A stretch of DNA of 64,000 nucleotides, taken from the NCBI GenBank assembly GCA_044228685.1, contig JBGAUL010000003.1, positions 7 through 64,006 of the forward strand, written 5' to 3'. The position numbers were made by a program, and so were the translations under genes. Positions 37,484 through 47,242 of the stretch are shown here, piece after piece. The stretch comes from Chlorobiota bacterium. GTDB taxonomy: Bacteria; Bacteroidota; Ignavibacteria; Kapaibacteriales; NICIL-2. A model generated the notes under the pieces. It had not been told where the DNA came from, ran no database searches, and saw nothing but the letters and a program-made list of their open reading frames with translations. The number at the start of each line of letters is the position of its first letter. Positions within the stretch are counted from its first letter, which is position 1.

Positions 37484-40033
37484 ATGAGCACATCCAGCAC
37501 ATCATCGAGTCGCCCCTTGATTCCGGAAAAATTTCAGGATTGGGCGGTCATTGGACTTCTCCTCATCCTCGTCATCAGCTTTCTCGGTAAGGCGATCTTT
37601 GGAGCCGGCTTTAACGCCAGCGACAACATTGCATCCGAGAGCTTCCAGCCTTTCTTGAAAGAGGCTGCGCAGAAGGGTGAATTCCCGCAGTGGCTCCCCT
37701 ATATCTTCAGCGGATTGCCGAGCTATGCGGCTTTGCTCACAACCGGTAATCGTACCTGGGACTTCAGCGCCTATATCGTTTCGAAGATCTCCTATGCCTT
37801 TGCGGCCATACTCGGAAGTGACACTGCGCGTATCGGTTTCTGGTACATCCTCTATGCGATTGGGATGTACTTCTTGATGCGATCCAAAAAACACGAACGA
37901 ATGGTGGCGCTCTTTACCGCCGTCGCAGCGGTCTTTAGTACGTGGGTCATGACCTGGGTAATGATTGGTCACAACACCAAGCCCATCGCCTTTGCCATGT
38001 TTCCCTATGTGTTGCTTGGCCTGGAAAATATCCGAGAAAAGTGGTCGTTGAAATATGCGGTGCTTCTCGTGCTTGCTGTGCACGTCATGGTTGAGTCCAC
38101 TCACCTTCAAATGGTCTTTTACGGCATCTGCACCTTTGGCCTCTATCTGCTCTTCGAACTTGTTAGTCGTTTGATCACCAAACAACAACCCATGGGAGTT
38201 CTTCGCGCAGCGCTTGTACTTGCCGTCGCCGGTGCAATGAGCTTTGGAATGGGTGCCGATCGATTCCTTTCAACAATTGAATACACGCCTTATTCTACCC
38301 GCGGTTCGGCTCCTCTCAGTCAGTTGATGCAAGCCGACACCGCGCAGATGAAGGCAGCGAATAAGCAAGATGCAAATGGCGGCAACGATTATGATTACGC
38401 AACCAATTGGTCATTTTCTCCCGAGGAAGTTTCAACCTTCTTCGTTCCTAATTACTATGGTTTTGGAAAACTCAAGTACAAAGGACCGCTAACCGGCAAC
38501 AAGGAAACAGTAGTCGCTGCTTATTACGGTCAGATGCCTTTCACCGATGCCGCCAACTACATGGGTATTGCTGTCCTGTTTCTTGGAGTACTTGGTGCGT
38601 GGAAGTTTAGACGCGATCTCTTTGTACAGTTTTTAATCACATTGAGCGTGTTTTCTTTGATTCTGTCATTTGGAAAGAACATGTCAGTTCTCTACGACCT
38701 GTTCTATTATCACGTACCTCTCTTCAACAAGTTCCGCGCCCCGAGCATGGCTCTGGCCATGATGCAATTCGCAATGCCGGCATTGGCTGCCTATGGAATT
38801 GCTGCTCTTGCGATGGCTCGTGAGAGTAAAGAAGCGAAGGCTAAGAAAGTTGGACTCTTCTTCGCCGGCGCAACAGCATTTTTCCTTGTGTTGGGATTCA
38901 TTTACCCATCCGTTATCGAAACCTCATTTAGAACTGCGGTTGAGAATTGTCAGCAATTCGTGCAACAAGGATACAGCGCTGAAATCAGAGAAACTCTCGG
39001 CGAATGGATTTATGGCGAGATGAAGAGCGACTGGATGACAACAGGTTTACTCGCGTTGTTGAGCGGCGTCGCCGTCTTGATGTTCGTTCAAAAACGCATT
39101 GGCGAAAACGTTTTCTATCCATTGATTATCGTTCTAGTGCTGGTCGACTTGTGGCGTGTCGATGTGCGTCCGATGGACGTTCCTAAGAAGAAGATCGAGT
39201 CGGAAGTTTTTGTGAAAACTGACGTCATCTCATACTTGCAAGGCGACAGCTCAGTATTCCGTATTGCAGATCTCGACGTTCTACCTTCACCCAACGTAGC
39301 TGCCTATTTCAAACTCGAAAACATCCACGGCTATCACTCAGCCAAGATGCGTGTCTATCAGGACTTGATGGATTTGGCGGGCAATGCAAATGGATCGGTC
39401 ATCAACAATCCGCTCTTGTGGAACTTGTTGAACGTGAAGTACATCTTGTCGTCACGCGAGATCTTTCCTAACCTACAGCCGGCATTTGTCTCGGCGCAAC
39501 GCGCTTATGTCTATCGCAACCCTTCGTTCATGCCGCGTGCCTTCTTCGTCAATCATGCTGTTGTCGATTCAAAGGCCTCTATTCTGAATCACTTGAAGAA
39601 TGGTGATTTCTTCCCGGGTGATACGGCGTATGTGGAAGAGAAATTGCCACAAGCAATTGACACCGCGGGACAAGCCGCAACGGCAACTTTGGTTGAACGA
39701 CGTAACGAGTACCAGAAGTATCAAGTACACGCGACCGGTACAAATCTGCTTTACGTGAGTGAAGTGTATTATCCGGTTTCGTGGAAGGCCTTTGTTGATG
39801 GCAAGGAAACAGAGACATTCAAGACCAACTTTGCTTTCCGCTCTGTAATCGTTCCGGCAGGCGATCACACCGTCGAATTCAAATACGAATCACCAAAGTT
39901 TGAGCAAGGAAAAACTATTAGTCTTGCCTCAAACGTTTTATTACTCCTTGCTGCAGTCGCGGCAATCGTCCTCGAGATGAAAAAACGAGGCGAAACATCT
40001 CCAAAAACCGGCGAGGATAATGCAGCTGCCTAA
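37484..40033 (+). CDS. Large polytopic membrane protein, YfhO-like (putative envelope glycosyltransferase)
   Basis: About 16 predicted TM helices in blocks with a large extracytoplasmic C-terminal domain and a final TM (LASNVLLLLAAVAAIVL). Architecture resembles the YfhO family (PF09586). Start chosen at MSTSSTSSSRP. Confidence 0.45.
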   Translation: MSTSSTSSSRPLIPEKFQDWAVIGLLLILVISFLGKAIFGAGFNASDNIASESFQPFLKEAAQKGEFPQWLPYIFSGLPSYAALLTTGNRTWDFSAYIVSKISYAFAAILGSDTARIGFWYILYAIGMYFLMRSKKHERMVALFTAVAAVFSTWVMTWVMIGHNTKPIAFAMFPYVLLGLENIREKWSLKYAVLLVLAVHVMVESTHLQMVFYGICTFGLYLLFELVSRLITKQQPMGVLRAALVLAVAGAMSFGMGADRFLSTIEYTPYSTRGSAPLSQLMQADTAQMKAANKQDANGGNDYDYATNWSFSPEEVSTFFVPNYYGFGKLKYKGPLTGNKETVVAAYYGQMPFTDAANYMGIAVLFLGVLGAWKFRRDLFVQFLITLSVFSLILSFGKNMSVLYDLFYYHVPLFNKFRAPSMALAMMQFAMPALAAYGIAALAMARESKEAKAKKVGLFFAGATAFFLVLGFIYPSVIETSFRTAVENCQQFVQQGYSAEIRETLGEWIYGEMKSDWMTTGLLALLSGVAVLMFVQKRIGENVFYPLIIVLVLVDLWRVDVRPMDVPKKKIESEVFVKTDVISYLQGDSSVFRIADLDVLPSPNVAAYFKLENIHGYHSAKMRVYQDLMDLAGNANGSVINNPLLWNLLNVKYILSSREIFPNLQPAFVSAQRAYVYRNPSFMPRAFFVNHAVVDSKASILNHLKNGDFFPGDTAYVEEKLPQAIDTAGQAATATLVERRNEYQKYQVHATGTNLLYVSEVYYPVSWKAFVDGKETETFKTNFAFRSVIVPAGDHTVEFKYESPKFEQGKTISLASNVLLLLAAVAAIVLEMKKRGETSPKTGEDNAAA

Positions 40034-40278
40034 TGGATCTGCATCTTTATAGTCCTGACAATCTCGTAGCCCAAGCTCAAGCAACACCGCTTGAGCTTGG
40101 CTATCATGTACTGCATTTTTATGTGGATGAGCATGGTGGACTTGCTCGAACACCAACGCCGGTACTCGGCGAGTTTTACTATTCTCCTTCCGGTGGAACG
40201 CTTCGCGACCGAGATTTGAATATCGTTTTGTACAGCGCCCGCTTTGACAAGTTCAAAGGAATTGGAAGGGTTGACTAA
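40033..40278 (+). CDS. Small hypothetical protein (81 aa) translationally coupled between YfhO-like and flippase genes
   Basis: ATG overlaps the upstream stop (TAATG), and its own stop overlaps the flippase ATG (TAATG). No recognisable motifs. Confidence 0.4.
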   Translation: MDLHLYSPDNLVAQAQATPLELGYHVLHFYVDEHGGLARTPTPVLGEFYYSPSGGTLRDRDLNIVLYSARFDKFKGIGRVD

Positions 40279-41570
40279 TGCGCGTACAGGACTATGTCGG
40301 GAAGATCTCTTGGACCGCTGCTGACAAAGTTCTGTTTGTACTGTACGGCTTCGTAGCACTGCTGCAATACCGCGCCATTCCTCCGGCTGAACTGGGTTTG
40401 ACTTCGGAATTGGTTGGTTTGCAAACCTGGATCTTCATCCTCAGCGACGGCGCCGCACTGCAGAGTCTCATACAATTTGGATACGATCGCGAACGACGTC
40501 CGCAAGTGAACGCAGCGGCACTACTCTTCCAGTGTATCATCGTTCTGGGATTGTCTCTTATCACTGCCGCACTTTCAACTCCTCTGTCCTATCTCTTTCA
40601 AGAAAGTCGCTTTTCCCTCGTCGCGCTGTGGTTACCTGTCTACTGCCTGCTTACCATACCGCGTGCTTATTGTCTCAAGATCCTGCTTCGCGACACCCAA
40701 ATGAAACAGGTCTTCTGGGTGAACTTCTTTTGGTTTGCTTCGATGATTGGTCTGACACTTTGGATGCTGGCTCACAACACTCTGCGCAGTTTCGACGACA
40801 TGGTGTTTATCAATTGCACGGGTATGGCGACGAGTTCCGTGGCGGCAATTGTAATCAGTCGAAAACTGCTTCGCTTTTCGTGGAATCAGCTTCGCTCAAG
40901 CTCTGAGTTCTTGCGCTTTGGATCGGTACAGGTCTTCATTGGTGCGATTACCAATGCTATTCGTCAGCTCGACATTTTTATTCTGCAATTCTTCTTCCAC
41001 GATCTTGGCGTGGTCGGTATTTACACTGCAGCAAAAACTCTTTACCGTGTTTTTGAAACCGGTATGGACGCGCTGTTTAGTCTGCTGTATCCTTCTGCCA
41101 TTCGTCTGTTGCCTGATGGAAAGAAGCAGGAGTTCTCGGTCATTCTATCCAAAGCTGTTTCCTACCTCTTCCTCAGCTATGTCTTCATCATAGGCTTCAT
41201 GGAGCTTGGCGGGACCTCGCTCATTGTTCGCGTGCTTGGCGGGAAGTACTTGTTGGTAACCGGACAGTTCAATCTCATGGCCTTAGCTGCACTCTTCGTG
41301 CCTTTCTACCCTTTGTCGGCTGCGCTCTTGGCAATGAATCGCAATGCATTGCTGCTACGATACGTCATCGTTGCATCGCTATGCGGCTTGCTTGTCTTCT
41401 GCTTGAGTGGACTCAGCGGACAAAGCTCAATCTTTGCTTTGGGAGTTATCATCTATAACGCAGTGCTCTCGATCCTTCTCATTCTTTATGTGCAACGTGA
41501 GTTAGCTGTACGGCCGCTCGACTACCTTCGAGCTCTACCTGATGCATTGCGATTTTTGAAATCGCGCTAA
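40278..41570 (+). CDS. Oligosaccharide/polysaccharide flippase (Wzx/MOP superfamily)
   Basis: 430 aa with about 12 TM. Polysaccharide-biosynthesis-protein-like N-terminal region (..VLYGFVALLQYRAIPPAELGLTSELVGLQTWIFILSDGAALQSLIQFG..). Confidence 0.65.
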   Translation: MRVQDYVGKISWTAADKVLFVLYGFVALLQYRAIPPAELGLTSELVGLQTWIFILSDGAALQSLIQFGYDRERRPQVNAAALLFQCIIVLGLSLITAALSTPLSYLFQESRFSLVALWLPVYCLLTIPRAYCLKILLRDTQMKQVFWVNFFWFASMIGLTLWMLAHNTLRSFDDMVFINCTGMATSSVAAIVISRKLLRFSWNQLRSSSEFLRFGSVQVFIGAITNAIRQLDIFILQFFFHDLGVVGIYTAAKTLYRVFETGMDALFSLLYPSAIRLLPDGKKQEFSVILSKAVSYLFLSYVFIIGFMELGGTSLIVRVLGGKYLLVTGQFNLMALAALFVPFYPLSAALLAMNRNALLLRYVIVASLCGLLVFCLSGLSGQSSIFALGVIIYNAVLSILLILYVQRELAVRPLDYLRALPDALRFLKSR

Positions 41571-41609
41571 AAACACCAGACTCAACGAAAGTATAAAGCA
41601 ACAAAATCA

Positions 41610-41641
41610 AAGGGTCATGATGTGTGTGCATCATGACCCTT
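41610..41641. terminator. Bidirectional hairpin between convergent flippase and OMP genes (13-bp perfect stem AAGGGTCATGATG / CATCATGACCCTT, loop TGTGTG)
   Basis: Perfect inverted repeat in the 110-bp convergent gap. Confidence 0.5.
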
Positions 41642-41680
41642 TGCTAGACTGTTTGAGATTGCGCTTGGCGATTAAATATC

Positions 41681-42310
41681 TTACCAATACACGTTCAACC
41701 CAATGGCAGAGCCACCGAGCGAGATTGTGTTTTCACTTGCGGAATTGGTTGTTTGACCGGTTTTCAGAGTAACCGATCCACTCACATAGCCCAAGCCGAT
41801 TTGAGTAAACATGGCAACGTTCTTCGATATATGTGCCTGCACGCCAAAAAATGCGTCGAGCATAAACATCGAGCCACTGACATTGTTGACTTCCGGCATC
41901 ATACTGTAGCCAAGCTGACCGCCGACATAGGGACTCACATCCGAGCTGTTTTTTAAATAATCGCGAACACCAACCATAATAGAAATGAGGTTCCGCGACG
42001 GAGGTGCCGTTTGTGTGCTGGAGCTGGTTGAATAGGAAATCAATCCGATACCCAAACCAGCTTGAAGTTCGAGATTCGAACTAAGCCCGTATGAAAACAT
42101 TGAACCACCACTAACTGTAAGATTGACTAAACCAATTGTACTTCCACTTCCTGTACCAGTGTTGGACATCACTGATGCAGCAATACCGGATGGCAGTCCG
42201 ACGCTAGCTCCCAAAGCCATATCGCCCTGATGACCTTGAGCACGAAGTGCTGCACTGGAACAAACGAACAAGATGAGCGCGAGGCTCACGGAACGAAACA
42301 ATACCATCAT
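41681..42310 (-). CDS. Small outer-membrane beta-barrel protein (OmpW/OmpA-like porin family)
   Basis: Signal peptide MMVLFRSVSLALILFVCSSAALRAQ. Alternating hydrophobic beta-strand pattern, Gly/Ser-rich loops and C-terminal aromatic residue (..GLNVYW). Confidence 0.55.
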   Translation of the reverse strand: MMVLFRSVSLALILFVCSSAALRAQGHQGDMALGASVGLPSGIAASVMSNTGTGSGSTIGLVNLTVSGGSMFSYGLSSNLELQAGLGIGLISYSTSSSTQTAPPSRNLISIMVGVRDYLKNSSDVSPYVGGQLGYSMMPEVNNVSGSMFMLDAFFGVQAHISKNVAMFTQIGLGYVSGSVTLKTGQTTNSASENTISLGGSAIGLNVYW

Positions 42311-42420
42311 ATGTACTCCGGATTGAGTTAAGAAAATGACATTGCTATACAATGTCTCAAACAATTCTGCTGTGAGTTTGTATTTAGTACTAACTATCTG
42401 ATTGCAAGGAACGACGCTAC

Positions 42421-43005
42421 TTATTGGCCTGTGGTGACCTGATCTAGTGCCCTACGTGGCTTATTCTGGAGCCGACGAAATTCTGTCGGACTCATCCCCG
42501 TTACTTTTTTGAACTGATTCGATAAATGATGCCCACTCGAATAGCCTAACTGAAATGCTATCTGACTCAAACTACACTCATCATACATCATCAATTCCTT
42601 CACGCGCTCTATGCGTTGATGGATGATGTACTTCTCAAGTGTCATGCCCTCTAACTGCGAAAACAATGTACTAATGGTTGTGTAGTCAACATCGAGCTTG
42701 GATGAGATGTACTTTGAATACACAATCGTCGACAGCAGCTCTTCGTCGCCGTGCTGCATCAAATCAATTATAACGAGCTTCACTTGCTCAATAAGACGTC
42801 GCTTCTTATCGTCAAGCAGCTCAAAACCATTTTCGCTCAACACACTTCGGATTTGCTCACGCGAAGCACTATCCAAGTCCTCTTCAAGCAGTGCCTCGCC
42901 TAATCGCACTTCCGTGGGATGAAAGCCGGCACGCTCCAACTCCTCACGCACAACACGAATGCAGCGATTGCAAACCATGTTTCGTATTGCAAGTTGTGAG
43001 GACAT
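42421..43005 (-). CDS. AraC-family transcriptional regulator with N-terminal heavy-metal-associated-like (CxxC) domain
   Basis: N-terminal MVCNRC motif. C-terminal AraC HTH (..ECSLSQIAFQLGYSSGHHLSNQFKKVTGMSPTEFRR..). Confidence 0.75.
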   Translation of the reverse strand: MSSQLAIRNMVCNRCIRVVREELERAGFHPTEVRLGEALLEEDLDSASREQIRSVLSENGFELLDDKKRRLIEQVKLVIIDLMQHGDEELLSTIVYSKYISSKLDVDYTTISTLFSQLEGMTLEKYIIHQRIERVKELMMYDECSLSQIAFQLGYSSGHHLSNQFKKVTGMSPTEFRRLQNKPRRALDQVTTGQ

Positions 43006-43203
43006 ATGCGTTTGTCGAATTTAATCACAGTTTCAAATGCATCGCAACCAAAATAATCATTGCGTGTACGCAAATCTGAATTTTGTGCGATTGGTAGGGA
43101 TTAGGACGGATCCGGCACAATTTCCACTTATTCTCTGCGTATTTTGCTCGGGCATAGAAAACGGTCTTGTACACAAAGACCGACTATAGCACGTCGTAGT
43201 CCC

Positions 43204-44040
43204 ATGATCCAGAACACAACCATAACCGCGATTTTCAGAGCAATTCTCATTTTGAGTGTTGCTTTGTGCTCCTCGTCGTTCTACTTACCCGGTCCGACGC
43301 CAAACACACAGCGCGGCGAAGCTGACCGCTATGTGCCAAACGAGGCCTTTGGTTATGGTGAGCATTTGGAATACCGCATCGGTTACAAGTTCATCACTGC
43401 CGGACACGCGAGCTTTGACATCCTTCCAAATCCGGTTATGAAAGGTAGTCGTCAATGCTACGACATACGCTTCGAAGTTCGCTCGCTTGAAAGTCTTGAG
43501 TGGCTGTACCGCGTTCGTGATCGCTACCGCACCGTGCTCGACGTTTCTGGAATTTTCCCATGGGAGTTTAACCAGAGTATTCGTGAAGGAGGCTACAGCA
43601 GAGACTTCAACGCTTCACTGGACCAAATCAATCATCAAGCGCATACCAACGAAGGTGATTTTCAGATTTCGCCCTACATTCACGACATCGTCTCGGCCTT
43701 CTTTTATGTGCGCACTCAGAACTTGCGTCAATTCACGAACGGAAGTATCATAAACCTCAAGAACTTCTTCAACAAAGACTGTCATGATTTAGGAGTTCGT
43801 GTTCTCGGCAAACAAACCGTTGAGGTTGAAGCTGGAAAATTCCGTTGTATCGTTGTTGAGCCGGTGATCTCGGACGGAGGCTTGTTTAAGTCTGATGGAC
43901 GGATCTTGATTTGGCTATCTGACGACGATCGCAAAGCCCCAATCAAAGTCAGTGCTAAAATTCCTATCGGTACTATCGATGCTGAGCTCACCTCATTCAG
44001 AGGCCTTCGTGGCGAGCTCAGTGCACGTCTTTCGGATTAA
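43204..44040 (+). CDS. DUF3108-family secreted protein
   Basis: Signal peptide MIQNTTITAIFRAILILSVALCSS. Sequence pattern (..YRIGYKFITAGHASFDILPN.. ..GKFRCIVVEPVI..) typical of DUF3108 proteins common in Bacteroidetes. The ORF track starts at 43144. Confidence 0.55.
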   Translation: MIQNTTITAIFRAILILSVALCSSSFYLPGPTPNTQRGEADRYVPNEAFGYGEHLEYRIGYKFITAGHASFDILPNPVMKGSRQCYDIRFEVRSLESLEWLYRVRDRYRTVLDVSGIFPWEFNQSIREGGYSRDFNASLDQINHQAHTNEGDFQISPYIHDIVSAFFYVRTQNLRQFTNGSIINLKNFFNKDCHDLGVRVLGKQTVEVEAGKFRCIVVEPVISDGGLFKSDGRILIWLSDDDRKAPIKVSAKIPIGTIDAELTSFRGLRGELSARLSD

Positions 44041-44041
44041 T

Positions 44042-44671
44042 ATGAAACTCTCGACTAGCTTTTTCATCATACTGCCTCTTGTGTTCTTTTTTGCTGCTCA
44101 ACTTGAAGCGCAGGAGGATGCGGCTACCTTACACAAACGCTTGGCTGATCAATTGAGTTCAACCCAATCGGTGAAGCTTGTAGCGACTTCTTCAGCTATG
44201 AAGAATGAGCGTATCAGCATCCGCGCTAAGCGTTCTGACAAATTTGTGATTGAGTTGCATGATCGCATTATCATCTGCGACGGAAAGACAGTGTGGAATT
44301 ATACTCCTTCACGCAAGTCAGTGGTCGTCTCGAAATACAATTCAAAGAACTCCTCTCTCTCAGTTGAGAAAATTCTCCTCGAATGCATCGGTCGCTACAA
44401 ACCGGTTTCGTTGAGCAATGAAATCAGCACAAAGGGAGGAACAAACTATCTGCTCCGTCTCGAAGCATCCGGCGCTGAACTTTTCGGTGTGCACGCAATC
44501 GTCCTTTCAATCTCCAAGAAGTCACTTACGATTTCGAAGATTGAAATTGAGAGCGATCAGGGCAAACAAGACTGGGCGATTTCGTCACTCAAAACCAATG
44601 TGCCCATGAATGACTCCGAGTTTAGCTTCACGAGTCCCAAGGGTGTGGAAGTGATCGACCTCCGACAATAA
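44042..44671 (+). CDS. LolA-like outer-membrane lipoprotein carrier/sorting-fold protein
   Basis: Signal peptide MKLSTSFFIILPLVFFFAAQLEAQ beginning 2 nt after the DUF3108 stop. About 210 aa with a LolA-like pattern (..VKLVATSSAMKNERISIRAKRSDKFVIELHDRIIICDGKTVWNY..). Confidence 0.45.
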   Translation: MKLSTSFFIILPLVFFFAAQLEAQEDAATLHKRLADQLSSTQSVKLVATSSAMKNERISIRAKRSDKFVIELHDRIIICDGKTVWNYTPSRKSVVVSKYNSKNSSLSVEKILLECIGRYKPVSLSNEISTKGGTNYLLRLEASGAELFGVHAIVLSISKKSLTISKIEIESDQGKQDWAISSLKTNVPMNDSEFSFTSPKGVEVIDLRQ

Positions 44672-44724
44672 TGGATCAAAAGCTCGCCTGAGCACTGAAA
44701 TTTTAGACTAGACATCTCATTTGC

Positions 44725-44765
44725 AAACGGTCAAATTGTTGAAATTTGGCCGTTTTTCGTTCTCA
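44725..44765 (+). terminator. Rho-independent terminator after LolA-like gene (13-bp stem AAACGGTCAAATT/AATTTGGCCGTTT, loop GTTGA, T-rich tail)
   Basis: Stem has a single U-G wobble. Followed by TTTTCGTTCTC. Confidence 0.6.
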
Positions 44766-44869
44766 GAGCTCAGCTCATTAGCCAAGCACGTCTTTCCTTA
44801 GCTCGTCGCCATTGATATGGCATAGTATTCGCACTTCTTCCCCGATATCAGGAAGAATCGACTGCCCGT

Positions 44870-47233
44870 ATGGAAAACGCACTTTTGTCCGTCTGCATGA
44901 TTGTTAAAAACGAGGAAGCAATGCTCGAGGATTGCTTACGCTCTGTCCGCGATTGCGCCGGCGAGATTATCGTCGTCGACACCGGGTCGACCGATGCTAC
45001 GGTCTCTATCGCCCAGCGATACGGCGCTCGAGTAATCTCCTTCCCCTGGACAAACGACTTCGCCGAGGCACGCAACGTTGCACTCAGTCAGGCACGCTAT
45101 CCTTGGATACTCAGCATTGATGCCGACGAACGCATCATGAATCCTGAAGAACTCGCTTGGGTAGTACAAACGGCTCCCGCGAACATTCACGGGTTTCTGG
45201 TGAATCTCAGCTCACACGCTGTCCAGAACAACAACACATCTCGCTTTGTTTCTCAACTGCTTCGTGTCTTCCGCAACGATGCGCGTTTGCGCTTTAGTGG
45301 ATGTATTCACGAGCAAATCATCAATGCTTTCAGCGAACATCACTTGAGCTTTGCTCCATCCAACATTGAAGTTGAGCACCTTGGCTATAACCTCTCGCCA
45401 AGCGAGATGCAGAAGAAGCAAATCCGCAACCTCGAATTGTTGAACAGTGCCATCAAGCGCAATGCGAACGATGCGTACATGCTGCAGCAACGTGCAAAAA
45501 CATATCTGGCGCTGGCCAAGTTGGATGAAGCTGAGCTTGATACACAGGCGGCTTTGCAAACGGCTAGTCCTGACGGAACCATCAGACCTCAAGCATTGAA
45601 CTACGGTGCTGTCATTGCCTTTCAACGTAAAGACACGCAACGCGCAATCGAACGCGCTGAAGAATCTCTGCGACTGGTTCCCCATCAAGCCTTCGCCTAC
45701 TACATACTCGGTGAGGTCTACACCTCATTGAACGACTATCAGAAGGCTCTCCAAAACTATCTCGCCATGAACGACGCACTGGAACGCAACGATGTCGTGG
45801 CACGAGTGATTGGAGCGTATAATCTGCCTCATGAACAACGTGCTTTTTGTCTGGGACGGAGCTACATGGCTCTGCAGCAACAAGACAATGCGGAAGCGTG
45901 TTTTCGCGAGGGATTGGAGTACAACTCGAAAGACATCTCTTGTCGTATCGGACTCGCCAACTGCGCCATGAACAAAGCACAGTTCGATGAAGCTCGTCGC
46001 TTTCTCCAAGAAGCACTGCAGATCTCCCCTGATCGTTCCGACCTTCATGGTTTTCTTGCACGCGTTAACGAGGTTGAAGCACAGCACAAGCAGGCATCGA
46101 GTTCTTCCTTCGGATTCAATACTCCGAAAGCAGCTCAACCAACACCGTCGGCGCCTCCAACTAAGCCTTTTATTTCCTTGTGCATGATTGTCAAGAACGA
46201 AGAGCATCGTTTGGCTACATGTTTGGAATCGGTACAAGGCGTTGTTGATCAAATTGTAATTGTCGATACCGGTTCTACTGACGGAACGGTGGCACTGGCT
46301 AAGAATTTTGGTGCTGAGGTGTACTATCGTGCTTGGGACGGCGACTTCGCTGCCGCACGCAACGAAGCGCTGAAGCATTGCACTGGCGAGTGGATTTTGT
46401 ACTTGGATGCAGATGAATCCTTGACGGTGCAAACCATTCCTCTTGTTCGCGAGACGCTTTCACAGTTGAACCCACAAGTAGGTGGTGTGATCTGTACTAT
46501 CATCAGTCCGCACCGTCAAGAAGACACCTCAACCGAAGTGCACCGCGGCGGCTACCCTCGCATCTTCCGCAATTATGGATATCCTCGCGTCGAATTCCGC
46601 GGTCGCGTACACGAGCAAATCACTCCCTCATTGCTTGAGTGTGGCGCATACATCGTTGATTCTCCGATCTGTATTCTTCACACCGGTTACGACATCGATC
46701 GTGATCAGATGGAAGTCAAGGTCAAGCGTAATTACGAACTCCTCATCCGTCATGTGCAAGAAGAACCGCTCAATGCCTATGCTTGGTTCCAACTCGGACA
46801 AACCCTTGGCAGAATGAACATGGCTGCAAAGTCAGAAGAGGCTCTCAAATTCGCCATTCAACTCGGCACCTTGTCGCTGCCTGTAGCCGCAACAGCTGCG
46901 TCGACCCTTGCTCACATTTGCGGAACACAACAACGCTATGAAGAAGCCCTTCAATGGGCAGAGATGTCGTTGAGCAAAGTTCCCACACAACTCATGGCAT
47001 TGAATTACAAAGCTTACTCACTCTTGTATTTAATGCGCTTGGATGAGGCAGAACAATGCTTCCATCAAGTCTTGGATTTGATTACGAACAAGGGTGCAGT
47101 ACCTGAGGCGGGATATGATGTTGAGTTGTCGCCGAAGACGGTGCATGAAGGACTCAACCGCATTCGCGAGCTGCGCATGCAGCAAGCTCAGTCACACAAT
47201 TCGGTGCCGAGCTTGCAGAGCATGTTCAATTAA
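44870..47233 (+). CDS. Tandem-duplicated family-2 glycosyltransferase with TPR repeats (two GT2-TPR modules in one 787-aa protein)
   Basis: Two copies of ..LS/LCMIVKNEE..L..CL.SV....EIIVVDTGSTD.T..IA...GA.V....W..DFA.ARN.AL......WIL.LDADE.. (GT2, SpsA-like), each followed by TPR-like helical repeats. Confidence 0.8.
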   Translation: MENALLSVCMIVKNEEAMLEDCLRSVRDCAGEIIVVDTGSTDATVSIAQRYGARVISFPWTNDFAEARNVALSQARYPWILSIDADERIMNPEELAWVVQTAPANIHGFLVNLSSHAVQNNNTSRFVSQLLRVFRNDARLRFSGCIHEQIINAFSEHHLSFAPSNIEVEHLGYNLSPSEMQKKQIRNLELLNSAIKRNANDAYMLQQRAKTYLALAKLDEAELDTQAALQTASPDGTIRPQALNYGAVIAFQRKDTQRAIERAEESLRLVPHQAFAYYILGEVYTSLNDYQKALQNYLAMNDALERNDVVARVIGAYNLPHEQRAFCLGRSYMALQQQDNAEACFREGLEYNSKDISCRIGLANCAMNKAQFDEARRFLQEALQISPDRSDLHGFLARVNEVEAQHKQASSSSFGFNTPKAAQPTPSAPPTKPFISLCMIVKNEEHRLATCLESVQGVVDQIVIVDTGSTDGTVALAKNFGAEVYYRAWDGDFAAARNEALKHCTGEWILYLDADESLTVQTIPLVRETLSQLNPQVGGVICTIISPHRQEDTSTEVHRGGYPRIFRNYGYPRVEFRGRVHEQITPSLLECGAYIVDSPICILHTGYDIDRDQMEVKVKRNYELLIRHVQEEPLNAYAWFQLGQTLGRMNMAAKSEEALKFAIQLGTLSLPVAATAASTLAHICGTQQRYEEALQWAEMSLSKVPTQLMALNYKAYSLLYLMRLDEAEQCFHQVLDLITNKGAVPEAGYDVELSPKTVHEGLNRIRELRMQQAQSHNSVPSLQSMFN

Positions 47234-47242
47234 GCTGTAGAA

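Noticed and set aside
45725-46432. 235-aa and 149/158-aa minus-strand ORFs inside the GT2-TPR gene
   Set aside because: They are antisense shadow ORFs within a well-supported gene with two GT2 domains. They have no motifs or signal peptides.
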